A stretch of 64,000 nt of DNA, taken from Spirochaetia bacterium (GTDB taxonomy: Bacteria > Spirochaetota > Spirochaetia > UBA9216). Below, in pieces: positions 1 through 9,215 of this stretch; the stretch's first letter is position 1; each line of letters begins with the position of its first letter. The notes under the pieces are model-generated. The model was not told where the DNA came from. It saw only the letters and a list, made by a program, of their open reading frames with translations, and made no database searches. Both the position numbers and the translations under genes were made by a program. The stretch spans positions 352,001 to 416,000 of the forward strand of contig OY776510.1 of NCBI GenBank assembly GCA_963675665.1, read 5' to 3'.

Positions 1-159
1 GTATCAGCTATATGTTATTACATCAGTATTTGAAAACGAAGTTCAATAAACCACTATTATCCATACTTTCCGTTTGCCCAGCTTGTCGAAACCGTGGCCA
101 GGAACCCTCCAAATAAAAGGACCGCCCTTTCGGACGGTCCTTTTATTTTATCAATGCTA

Positions 160-2643
160 CTATTCAATTCCCGAAACGGCAAATTCAACCCTTCGGTTCT
201 TCCACCTGATGCTTCGATCGGTGACCGATACCATCGGGTATTTTCCGCCGAAAGCTTCCATCTGTATCCGATCCGGATCCATTCCCATTTCAACAAGGGT
301 TTTCCGAACTTCCTGCGCGCGGTTTTCAGTCAGCGGATAGAGGATTTCCTCTTCTTTTTCTTCACGGTCTCCGCCGCGATATATATTCAGAGCATGAGCA
401 TCGAGGATCAACCCGTATTCGGGAAAACGCTCCGAAAGTTCTATAATTCTACCGAGTGAAGAAATGTTTTCCTTATACTGTGCAGGCCCTGCGGAATCGA
501 GCTTATATTTATAGGCCCCGAAAATTATATTCGGTACCATAACAAAATACTTGCCGTCTTTCTTTATAAGCATTACATCAATAGGAATCCTCTCCTGGAG
601 GGTTGATGTATTGCCGGACTTGTCCGTTACCCTGAGCTTAATTGTATACTTCTCGCCGCTGACGATGTTTATTCCGTTATCGGAGGTACTCCAGGTTATA
701 TCACCGCTCGGATTTCCTTCGCCGGCATATGTTCTGATATTATTGCCGTGCTCATCATAGATATCCATCATCCAGCCGCGAACCGCCTGATCTTCTTCAA
801 CATCAACCGAGATAAAAACCGATCCTTCAAGGCCCTTTTCCGTTTCGGCGAAAGCATTGGTCCTGACAACCATCCTGATTTTCGGCGGCTTGTTATCAAG
901 AACAAAAAGATCAGATTCGGTTTTAACAAAATCTCCTTTCAGGTAATCTACATAAAGCACCGCCTGGTAAACGCCCTCAAGCGCCGGGGCAACATTACCT
1001 TCCTGAAGTATCATGCCGTCCCAGGACAGTTCGGCAGGAAGAGTATCGGTTCCCCTGAACGAGGTCAGAACCTCGCCGGAATCATCGATTACTACTATCT
1101 TCCATTCCTTGACATCGGTATGCAGATCAGATTCAATCTGAACATGAAGCTTGTCTTCAAATCCGTCCCCGTTGGGTGAAAAACCTGCCGGAACTTTCAG
1201 GACTGTTGAGACCGGGCGCCGATCAATTTTAAACGTTAAGGGTTCGGCATATGTAACATTTCCGGCAAGATCGGTAAATACTCCCAAAACAAGATACTCT
1301 CCGTCGGGTACTTCTTTACCGTCAGGGGCCCTGCCGTCCCATTTTACAAGCGACGTTGTTCTTGAATAATCCGTTTCCATTACCACCTTGCCGGTCATAT
1401 CGATGATACTGCCTTCCCAGGTAACAACTTCATTTGCCCGGTATCGTACGGAAACGGTATCTCCCAGGCCGTCGCCGTTGGGAGAGAACGCAAGGCGTTC
1501 GGGTATTATTTCAACATTGGGCGCGGTTATATCGATTATTATGTCCTTCTCTGCTACCGGGCGCCATGAGTTTTCATATTGAACAGACATGGAAAACAGA
1601 TAGTTTCCGGGGTAAAGCGGCAGCCCCGATTCATTCAGGCCGTCCAGAACAACTGTTTCAGGCAAACCGTCGGATGCAGCGCCCTTTTTCTGCATTACCA
1701 CGCCGCCGCCGTCTGCAAGCGACCAGCTCCATGAAACAATATCTTCCTTCAATTCATAGGCCGGGGTTATAACCACTTTGTCTTTTACACCGTCGGCATT
1801 GGGAGAAAAAACAGAAGTATCCGTTTCAAGAACAAGGCGGGGCGACATTCCGTTAATCACAATTCCCTGAATCTGATATTTATCAGACTTGTTTCCTGCA
1901 AGGTCGGTCGTTTGAATTTCATAACTGTATTTACCGTCGGAAAGCATCTTTCCGTCGTCATTCAGGCCGTCCCAGAGGACATCTCCCGGTGCTTCATTGC
2001 TCCAGTCAAAGGTTTTTACAGGTTTACCGGCGCTGTCTTTAAAAACGCCCTTCCATTCCTTTTCTACGGTTCCGTCCGCCTGCAGAATAATCAGCACATC
2101 GCCGTTTCCGTCATTATTCGGAGAAAACAACAGCGACTCAGGCTTCTTAACCGATACGGACGGTTTTTTCGTATCGACAATAAAATCATCAACATCTATC
2201 TCTGTAATCTGGTCGGAAGCGTCCATAACCCAGACGGTAACTTTATAAACTCCGTCGGCAACCAGATTGCCGTCGGGGTCGGTTCCGTCCCACGTAATCT
2301 TTTTCTCCAGATTAAACTCATCATATCCGCGAAAAATCTGAAAAAGCCAGAAAACATCGCTTTTTTCGGTCTCTATTTTTTCTGCTACGACATTTCCGGC
2401 GGAATCAGTAATTCTCAGACCATATTCGGGAACATACCCTTCTTCACTCTTTACATAAATCTTTACGCTGAATTTAAGGGTAGCATCATCCATAACACCG
2501 TCTCCGTTGGGAGACAGGTACTGTGTTCCGGAGGTTACCGGCGGTATTTCGGGAACTTCCGCGGATCCGAACGCAAACAGCGATAATCCTGATACTGATA
2601 AAAACAGCACTGTTAAAAGGGCCGCTTTTTTAAATACAGACAT
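160..2643 (-). CDS. Exported FlgD-Ig-like repeat protein with C-terminal OmpA-like peptidoglycan-binding domain
   Basis: Signal peptide ending LFAFGSAE; five (F/L)SPNxDG-initiated beta-rich repeats with WDG and YxxxxxxxD motifs; C-terminus LTENRA...GGKYP...NRRVEF. Start moved to ATG 2643, which has GGAGG upstream. Confidence 0.8.
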   Translation of the reverse strand: MSVFKKAALLTVLFLSVSGLSLFAFGSAEVPEIPPVTSGTQYLSPNGDGVMDDATLKFSVKIYVKSEEGYVPEYGLRITDSAGNVVAEKIETEKSDVFWLFQIFRGYDEFNLEKKITWDGTDPDGNLVADGVYKVTVWVMDASDQITEIDVDDFIVDTKKPSVSVKKPESLLFSPNNDGNGDVLIILQADGTVEKEWKGVFKDSAGKPVKTFDWSNEAPGDVLWDGLNDDGKMLSDGKYSYEIQTTDLAGNKSDKYQIQGIVINGMSPRLVLETDTSVFSPNADGVKDKVVITPAYELKEDIVSWSWSLADGGGVVMQKKGAASDGLPETVVLDGLNESGLPLYPGNYLFSMSVQYENSWRPVAEKDIIIDITAPNVEIIPERLAFSPNGDGLGDTVSVRYRANEVVTWEGSIIDMTGKVVMETDYSRTTSLVKWDGRAPDGKEVPDGEYLVLGVFTDLAGNVTYAEPLTFKIDRRPVSTVLKVPAGFSPNGDGFEDKLHVQIESDLHTDVKEWKIVVIDDSGEVLTSFRGTDTLPAELSWDGMILQEGNVAPALEGVYQAVLYVDYLKGDFVKTESDLFVLDNKPPKIRMVVRTNAFAETEKGLEGSVFISVDVEEDQAVRGWMMDIYDEHGNNIRTYAGEGNPSGDITWSTSDNGINIVSGEKYTIKLRVTDKSGNTSTLQERIPIDVMLIKKDGKYFVMVPNIIFGAYKYKLDSAGPAQYKENISSLGRIIELSERFPEYGLILDAHALNIYRGGDREEKEEEILYPLTENRAQEVRKTLVEMGMDPDRIQMEAFGGKYPMVSVTDRSIRWKNRRVEFAVSGIE

Positions 2644-2701
2644 GAACTTCCTCCAAATATGCTTCAACTTATAAATTATCTCATTCTACCATATAAAACA
2701 T

Positions 2702-3883
2702 TCATGAGGCAAAGAAGTTACCTCTTTTAAATGTTGTCACCCCAAAAAATGACGTCAAATTCCGTGGAAGATCGGTAAAAGATGCTCTGATTCCCAGATT
2801 CTGCGCCTTTTTTCCTTTTACGTAATAAAGAAGAGGAACATATTCACGTGTATGGTCTGTCCCCTTAAAAGTCGGATCACATCCGTGGTCGGCTGTAATA
2901 ACAAGAAGGTCGCCTTCATCCATAAGTTCAATCATTTCGGGCAGTCTGTCGTCTACAGCCCTGACAGCATCATGATACCCCTGAACATCGCGCCTGTGCC
3001 CGTAGACCATATCGGTATCAACCAGATTCACAAAAATAAACTCGGCCTTTTCCGGTTTTACGGAAAGCAGCTTCAACGTCCTGTCGATACATGCGGGATT
3101 TCCTTTATCAGGCCAGGTTTCATCTATGCCCTGTCCATTGAATATATCGCCTATCTTGCCTACGGCTATGGTTTTAACTCCTTCCGTCCGCAGATGGTCA
3201 AGAATTGATTCTTCCGGCAGCGCAATGCTGTAATCATGGCGCCGGCTGGTTCGACTGAAAGCTCCCGGACGGCCTTCAAAAGGTCTGGCGATTATACGGC
3301 CGACCATGTAAGAATCACATAACCGGCGCGTAATTTCACAAATGCGGTAAAGTTCATCAATCGGAATAATGTCTTCATGCGCAGCAATCTGAAAAACCGA
3401 ATCGGCTGATGTGTAACAGATGGGCGCACCTGTTTTCATATGTTCTTCGCCCAGTTCTTCTATTATAGCGGTGCCCGACGCAGCTTTATTTCCGAGAATG
3501 GTCCGACCGGTTTCTCTTTCAAAAGCATCAACCAGCTCAGACGGAAAAGACGGATATTCCGGCGGAAAGACAGGAAAAGGTTTATCCAGAACAATACCGG
3601 CAAGTTCCCAGTGACCCGTCGTCGTATCCTTTCCGGGAGAAGATTCGTTCATAACGCCGTATGAAGCAAGCGGGGCGTCGACCGGGGGGCAGCCTTTCAG
3701 CTCGTTCCCAAGCAGCATGGACGCGTTGCCGAGTCCGAGTTTCTGTAAACTGGACCAGTCGGCTCCGCCGGGTACATTTTCACTTATGTGCAGTGCTGTA
3801 TTCGAACCGACATCCCCGTATCTGTCGGCATCCGGCAGCTCTCCGATCCCGAAACTGTCTATTACAAGTACTGTCGCACGCAT
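2702..3883 (-). CDS. deoB: Phosphopentomutase
   Basis: LVIDSFGIG, GKDTTTGHWE, YTSADSVFQIAAHE, YGHRRD and TADHGCDPT...DHTREYVP motifs. Confidence 0.95.
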   Translation of the reverse strand: MRATVLVIDSFGIGELPDADRYGDVGSNTALHISENVPGGADWSSLQKLGLGNASMLLGNELKGCPPVDAPLASYGVMNESSPGKDTTTGHWELAGIVLDKPFPVFPPEYPSFPSELVDAFERETGRTILGNKAASGTAIIEELGEEHMKTGAPICYTSADSVFQIAAHEDIIPIDELYRICEITRRLCDSYMVGRIIARPFEGRPGAFSRTSRRHDYSIALPEESILDHLRTEGVKTIAVGKIGDIFNGQGIDETWPDKGNPACIDRTLKLLSVKPEKAEFIFVNLVDTDMVYGHRRDVQGYHDAVRAVDDRLPEMIELMDEGDLLVITADHGCDPTFKGTDHTREYVPLLYYVKGKKAQNLGIRASFTDLPRNLTSFFGVTTFKRGNFFAS

Positions 3884-3991
3884 TATATTAACCTCCGAAC
3901 TTTGCTGCCGGGGAGGGCAGCTCTACAAAAATATCGGCAAATGCCCTGTTAATATCAATATACTCCATTTTCAGCCTTATTCAAAAAAGAT

Positions 3992-4019
3992 TTGCCGTCG
4001 GACAGGCTTATGTTATAAT
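3992..4019 (+). promoter_or_regulatory. Sigma70-type promoter of the glutamine synthetase gene (probably leaderless)
   Basis: TTGCCG (3992-3997), 16-bp spacer, extended -10 TGT-TATAAT (TATAAT at 4014-4019); ATG at 4026 with no SD. Confidence 0.55.
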
Positions 4020-4025
4020 TTTCTT

Positions 4026-5567
4026 ATGAATACCCATTTCGCTCTTGAAAATCCGATAGAAGTTCTTACCGGTAAAAAAAGGTCGGAACTTACCAGAGAC
4101 GATCTTATCAATATTATCAATAAAAAACAGATCGAACGAATTACGTTTCACTACACTGCCATAGACGGCAGGGTGAAAGAACTCAGGCTGCCGATTACCG
4201 GCCATGAGCAGGCTGAAATAATTCTGGCTGAGGGAGAACGCGTCGACGGCTCTTCGCTTTTCAAGGGAGTTGTGGACGCCGGTAAATCCGATCTTTACGT
4301 AATTCCCGTTTATAAATCCGCTTTCATAAACCCCTTTGATCAGACAAGCCTGGATTTTATCTGCCGGTTCGTCACAGGCGACGGCGAACTTGCTCCGTTT
4401 GCACCGGACAATCTGCTCTCTATTACTCACCAGATACTGAAAGAAGAATTCGACGTGGAATTCAACGCGCTTGGAGAACTTGAGTTTTATCTTATCGGGA
4501 ACCAGGATGTTAATCTTTACCCGCTGCCGAACCAGAAGGGCTATCACGGAAGCAGCCCCTACGTTAAAACAACCGACATTGTAAACGAAATGCTCCGGGT
4601 TATGACCAATATTACAAGCGAAATAAAGTATGCACATAATGAAGTGGGACTCATCAACCGGCTTGAGAGCGACAACCCCCTTCTCAACGGCAAGCTTGCC
4701 GAGCAGGTTGAGATTGAGTTTCTTCCCGCCCCGATTGAAGATGCTGCTGATGTAGTTGTTCTCGGCAAGTGGCTGTGCCAGAGCATTGCGAACCAGTACG
4801 GACTGATTGCCACTTTTTATCCGAAGATTCAGATAGGAGATGCCGGAAGCGGGCTCCATTTTCACACAATGCTGAGAAGAAACAATAAGAACATAATGCT
4901 GAATGCCGATCAGGAACTTTCCGAGGAAGCGCTGAAACTTATAGGCGGGTTATGCAGATACGCGCCTACGCTTTCGGCATTCGGTAATATGACCGCAGGT
5001 TCTTTTCTCAGACTGGTTCCTCACCAGGAAGCGCCGACAAAGGTCTGCTGGGGATATTCAAACCGCAGCGCCCTGATAAGGGTACCGCTGGGCTGGCGCA
5101 ATCTTGACAACCTTGCAATGAAGGTCAATCCGCAGCAGAGACTGAAGGCTGATATCAAGGACAGCCGGCAGACCGTCGAGTTACGAAGCGCCGACGGAAG
5201 CGCAAATACCCACCTGCTGCTTGCCGCCATGACTACCGCCGTGCTATGGGCCTTCCGCAATCCCGAAGAATCCCTTAAACTGGCGAAGAAAAACTTTGTT
5301 GCGGGAAATATTCACAGCGATCCTGAAATGGAAAAGAAACTTATCGATATTGCGACCAGCTGCGTTGAAACGTCTGAAACCCTTAATGAGCACCGGTCCT
5401 ATTACGAAGAAGACGGATATTTTACCGAAACACTAATCAACAAGGTTATAGAACTGCTCGAGGCCGAAAACGACAGGGGTCTTAATAAAAAAATAATATC
5501 ACTGCCGCCGGAAGACGGCAGGATGCTGGCTGAAGACTTTATAAAAAAAGGATTCAGCAAGTATTAA
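4026..5567 (+). CDS. glnA: Glutamine synthetase family protein (type I-like)
   Basis: VDGSSLF, GELEFYL, HNEVG, EQVEIEF, GSGLHFH, RLVPHQEAP, NRSALIRVP and VELRSAD motifs. The ORF-track start (3717) overlaps deoB, so the start is taken at MNTHF. Confidence 0.85.
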   Translation: MNTHFALENPIEVLTGKKRSELTRDDLINIINKKQIERITFHYTAIDGRVKELRLPITGHEQAEIILAEGERVDGSSLFKGVVDAGKSDLYVIPVYKSAFINPFDQTSLDFICRFVTGDGELAPFAPDNLLSITHQILKEEFDVEFNALGELEFYLIGNQDVNLYPLPNQKGYHGSSPYVKTTDIVNEMLRVMTNITSEIKYAHNEVGLINRLESDNPLLNGKLAEQVEIEFLPAPIEDAADVVVLGKWLCQSIANQYGLIATFYPKIQIGDAGSGLHFHTMLRRNNKNIMLNADQELSEEALKLIGGLCRYAPTLSAFGNMTAGSFLRLVPHQEAPTKVCWGYSNRSALIRVPLGWRNLDNLAMKVNPQQRLKADIKDSRQTVELRSADGSANTHLLLAAMTTAVLWAFRNPEESLKLAKKNFVAGNIHSDPEMEKKLIDIATSCVETSETLNEHRSYYEEDGYFTETLINKVIELLEAENDRGLNKKIISLPPEDGRMLAEDFIKKGFSKY

Positions 5568-6791
5568 TCAGCGTAACGGCACCTCAATTTCAATATCGCT
5601 CAGCGGATACGAAGAACACGTATGGATATACCCGAATTTTTTGTCGGCTGCCCTGCGCCCGTCGGTATTTTCAGGAATAAAAACGTCGCCGCTGATGAGA
5701 CGGCTGCGACAGAACCCGCATTCGCCGCTTCTGCACCTCGAAGGCGCCTTTACGCCGCCGCGTTCAAGAGAGGTCAGCAGACTCTCGGTTGCTGCCGCTT
5801 CAAGCTGATACGTTTCCCCGTTTATATGGACCTTCAAATTGAATGTTTTACTTTCATAACCGGCCGGATATTTTTCGTCCGCAGAGACGTTATCCGCCTC
5901 TCCGAATAATTCTCTCCGGATAAATTTCTTCTGAATCTGCATTTGAACAAGCTCTTTTTCAACAAAATTGTACATCGCCTGCGGACCGCACATAAATACC
6001 GAGAACGGTTTATCCGAATGCGCATATCTGCTTATCAGTTCCCTGGTTATAAAGCCTGTCTCAACGTTACCGCCCGGGTTCTCATCCGAAATAACATTAA
6101 TCAGCTGGATTTTGCCGTCGGTTCTTTTCATCAGTTCGTCAAATTCATTCCGGAAGATAATATCCTTTTCGCGGCGATTTCCGAACAGAACAATCAGATT
6201 AAAATCCTCAGTTCCCTCCGCTATCGCTCTTGCCATTGCCCGAAAGGGCGTGATTCCGCATCCGCCGGCAATTCCTATAACCGTATCGGAATCGCGCAGA
6301 GATTCATAATAAAAATCGCCTTCGGGGCCGGAAACTTCAACACCGGTCCCTTTTTTCCAGTTGCCCTGAATAAAAGGAGAGACAAAACCGTCGGCCTGCT
6401 TCTTAATGCTTATGATATAAAAACCTGAAAGGGCGTCTTTCGGCGAGGAGCTTATGGATACGGGACGGGTAACGAATGCGCCGTCAATCTCAAGGCTGAC
6501 GCTCAGGTACTGTCCCGCCCTGAAATACGCACATTTTTCCGTACCCTTACCGGTGTCGGGAACCAGCCTGTAGGAAATTATATCGCCGCCTTCATCAATT
6601 ACTTCGCTTACAATCATATACTGGACCTTCGGATGCAGCGACCTTGCCAGAAGATTCATCGGCAAATCAACCGTTAAAGGCGAAGCCTCTGCCGCTTCAA
6701 TCCTCTTCCTTCTTTCCGGCACCAGGTTTTTAAACGCAAGAAGATCAAGAAATCCGAAAGCTTTTACCTTTACATTCAATCTATTATCCAT
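5568..6791 (-). CDS. FNR-type FAD/NAD(P)-binding reductase with C-terminal 2Fe-2S ferredoxin domain
   Basis: FRAGQY, TRPVSISS, GFVS, IAGGCGITPF, FMCGP, then CRSGECGFC...C ferredoxin motif. Confidence 0.88.
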   Translation of the reverse strand: MDNRLNVKVKAFGFLDLLAFKNLVPERRKRIEAAEASPLTVDLPMNLLARSLHPKVQYMIVSEVIDEGGDIISYRLVPDTGKGTEKCAYFRAGQYLSVSLEIDGAFVTRPVSISSSPKDALSGFYIISIKKQADGFVSPFIQGNWKKGTGVEVSGPEGDFYYESLRDSDTVIGIAGGCGITPFRAMARAIAEGTEDFNLIVLFGNRREKDIIFRNEFDELMKRTDGKIQLINVISDENPGGNVETGFITRELISRYAHSDKPFSVFMCGPQAMYNFVEKELVQMQIQKKFIRRELFGEADNVSADEKYPAGYESKTFNLKVHINGETYQLEAAATESLLTSLERGGVKAPSRCRSGECGFCRSRLISGDVFIPENTDGRRAADKKFGYIHTCSSYPLSDIEIEVPLR

Positions 6792-8314
6792 CAGTTTTTC
6801 TCCATTCTGTCTTTCAATGTAAGAAGCGCAGCTGTTTCCCCCGAAAGATACGAGGAGCTGTACCCGAACAATCTGAACGCAAAGCCTCCGCAGAACCTCA
6901 GCCCCTGAAGCCTGTGATCTTCATCCATCATCATCATCCGCGGAAGAAGCGAATCCCAGGAATCGGCTTCATACCCGTATATGCTTCCGTTATTCGCCCC
7001 GGTATATCGGGCAAAGGTAGCGGGACTTGCAACCGATATTTCTTCTATCGCATCCCTGATATGAATACCGGTGGTTTTTTCAAAATTATCAATTACTTCA
7101 CCGGCTATTTCGTTCTTGGTCCGATAGTACTTCTCAGCTGAAATGTCCGACCATGCGTCATCGGTGTACAGTGTGGTGAACGACATTATGGATGTTCCCG
7201 GGGGAGAACAGTCCGGGATGGCCTTGTTCAGACAGACGGTGGCCTGTATCGGTTTCTTGTCTATCTTTTTCAAATCCGAATAAAGCTTCCCGGTGTCCAT
7301 CGACGGATATATAAAGTAGCTGTAATCGGTAATACCCAGTTCCTCAGGGGTTTTGTTTAATCCCAGGTAGAGCACCCACCCCTGGGCCCCTGATCTTCGC
7401 GCGTTACCGGCCCTGATTTCTATTTCCGGGACTGCTTCTGGCGGCGTTACCATTGATGAAAAAACTACATGCCGCGGAATGTTTGCTATCACATGTTCGG
7501 TCTTAAACTCGCCCTTATCGGTCAGAACGCTCTTAACCGCCCCGTTTTGCGTGTTTATTTTTTCGGCCTTCGTATTAAACATTACAGTGCCGCCGAGCTT
7601 TTGGAATTCATCAATGAGCGCCGAAGAAATTTCATGCGAACGGAGTTTCGGGATATATGCTCCCTTATCCATGTATTTATATACCATTGCGGCGAAAATT
7701 GTAAAATTCAGCCTGCTGACGGGAAGCCCTATATAACACCAGTATGCGTTCAGTATCCTGCGCGCTTTTGCCGGAATTTTCAGTGATTTTTCAACCTGCT
7801 CAACCGAATAGGATGCCGTTTTAAGAAAATTTGGATATTCTTTCATAAGGACTTTTTTATCCGGATGCCCCTTTGACGCACCAAGATAGTTTAATCCGGC
7901 CAGAATTTCTTCCGCAAGCGCGAAAAAACTCTCAATCGACACCCTTGAGCCCGGCACCTGCTTCTCCATCTCGTCTACATACTCTTTAAGGCCGAACGGC
8001 ATTCTTACGTCAAGAATTCCTTCCGGGTCGTCGGTTGTTATCAGGCGGTAAGCCTCGGGAACGGGAACAAAATCCACCTCAATATTCAGCCTTTTAAAAA
8101 GCTCCCCTACGCCTCCCGGATTATCAGCCGAACCGACATCGCAAAGTTCATGCAGGGACGGCTCAAACTCAAAACGCCCCCTGATAAAACTGGAAGCAAA
8201 TCCTCCCGGCAAATTATGCTGTTCAACAAGAAGCGTTTTCAGACCTTTTTGAGCTGCTGTAACGGCAGCCGTAAGCCCGCCGTTACCGGCTCCCAAAACA
8301 ACTACATCATACAT
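6791..8314 (-). CDS. Phytoene desaturase/CrtISO/retinol-saturase-like FAD-dependent oxidoreductase
   Basis: N-terminal YDVVVLGAGNGGLTAA...EQHNLPGG, ASPATFARYT...GSIYG, GLRFCGG. Start ATG 8314 with GGAG; stop overlaps the next start (TGATG). Confidence 0.82.
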   Translation of the reverse strand: MYDVVVLGAGNGGLTAAVTAAQKGLKTLLVEQHNLPGGFASSFIRGRFEFEPSLHELCDVGSADNPGGVGELFKRLNIEVDFVPVPEAYRLITTDDPEGILDVRMPFGLKEYVDEMEKQVPGSRVSIESFFALAEEILAGLNYLGASKGHPDKKVLMKEYPNFLKTASYSVEQVEKSLKIPAKARRILNAYWCYIGLPVSRLNFTIFAAMVYKYMDKGAYIPKLRSHEISSALIDEFQKLGGTVMFNTKAEKINTQNGAVKSVLTDKGEFKTEHVIANIPRHVVFSSMVTPPEAVPEIEIRAGNARRSGAQGWVLYLGLNKTPEELGITDYSYFIYPSMDTGKLYSDLKKIDKKPIQATVCLNKAIPDCSPPGTSIMSFTTLYTDDAWSDISAEKYYRTKNEIAGEVIDNFEKTTGIHIRDAIEEISVASPATFARYTGANNGSIYGYEADSWDSLLPRMMMMDEDHRLQGLRFCGGFAFRLFGYSSSYLSGETAALLTLKDRMEKN

Positions 8315-8329
8315 ATTTCTCTCCAGATT

Positions 8330-8351
8330 TGTGGTATGGCCAGAGACCACT
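8330..8351. promoter_or_regulatory. Putative GntR/FadR operator 1 (TGTGG-N12-CCAC)
   Basis: TGTGGTATGGCCAGAGACCACT lies just upstream of the oxidoreductase start and matches a second site at 8427. Confidence 0.55.
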
Positions 8352-8426
8352 AGAACTATAAACTGTATTTCTTTATTTTGTAAAGAAAAATATTTTTATA
8401 CAAAGTTTATATTCCAATTTACCGGC

Positions 8427-8448
8427 TGTGGTATATAATATGTCCACA
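8427..8448. promoter_or_regulatory. Putative GntR/FadR operator 2 overlapping the regulator's -10
   Basis: TGTGGTATATAATATGTCCACA has the same TGTGGTAT-N9-CCAC geometry and contains TATAAT. Confidence 0.55.
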
Positions 8449-8459
8449 AAGGAGCGCTG

Positions 8460-9182
8460 ATGAACAACAAGAATTTCAGGGAATTGAAGTCTCCCAGCCT
8501 GAAGGAATTATTTGTACAGGAAATTGAATCAATGATTATATCCGGGCAGCTGCAGACGGGCGAACGCCTTCCCCCGGAAAGGGAGCTTTCCGAAAAAATG
8601 CATGTCAGCCGCAGTGTTATAAATTCAGGCGTTTCAGAGCTTGCAGCAAAGGGATTTCTTGAAGTTGTACCCAGACAGGGGACCTTTATTTCCGATTATA
8701 AACGTAAAGGCTCTTTTGGAATTCTCTCATCAATCATGAATTATCACGGGGGCAAGCTTGACCATGAAATATTTCAGTCGCTGATGGCAATCCGCCAATT
8801 AATTGAAATAGAAAGCGCCAGCCTTGCGGCCGTCAAGAGAACGGATGAAGATCTGAAAGAACTTGAAGAGATAGTAAACAATAAAATGCTCCTGGATATC
8901 AGTAACCCCGATTATATTGCGGAACAGAATTTCCTGTTTCACTACAAAATTACCCTTGCGTCGGGGAATATCCTTTATGCGCTGTTGATGGGATCTTTCG
9001 AGCCGCTCTGTATTGAATTGATTCGGAAATATTTTCATGCCGGGGAGAATTCAGAAATATCAGTCCACAGGCATAAAAAACTGTTTAATGCGATAAAGGC
9101 CCGCGACCCTGAAAAGGCAGCACAGCAAATGAAGGAAATTCTGACGCACGGGGCTTCAATACTGTCACGTATAGCCCAATAG
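8460..9182 (+). CDS. GntR/FadR family transcriptional regulator
   Basis: GERLPPERELSEKMHVSRSVI wHTH plus FCD domain; divergent from the oxidoreductase pair. Confidence 0.92.
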   Translation: MNNKNFRELKSPSLKELFVQEIESMIISGQLQTGERLPPERELSEKMHVSRSVINSGVSELAAKGFLEVVPRQGTFISDYKRKGSFGILSSIMNYHGGKLDHEIFQSLMAIRQLIEIESASLAAVKRTDEDLKELEEIVNNKMLLDISNPDYIAEQNFLFHYKITLASGNILYALLMGSFEPLCIELIRKYFHAGENSEISVHRHKKLFNAIKARDPEKAAQQMKEILTHGASILSRIAQ

Positions 9183-9215
9183 TCCGTTTATGCTTCGAAC
9201 TGCTTCCGTTCTGAT

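Noticed and set aside
1912-2586. 224-aa plus-strand ORF
   Set aside because: Antisense to the FlgD/OmpA gene, with no motifs or RBS; a shadow ORF.
3717-4025. N-terminal 103-aa extension of the glutamine synthetase ORF
   Set aside because: Overlaps deoB antisense and lies upstream of a good promoter; an ORF-caller extension.
4008-4865. 285-aa minus-strand ORF
   Set aside because: Entirely antisense to the glnA-like gene, with no recognisable features.
5560-5575. Convergent stop codons abutting with no spacer or terminator
   Set aside because: Real, but common in compact genomes; no further signal.
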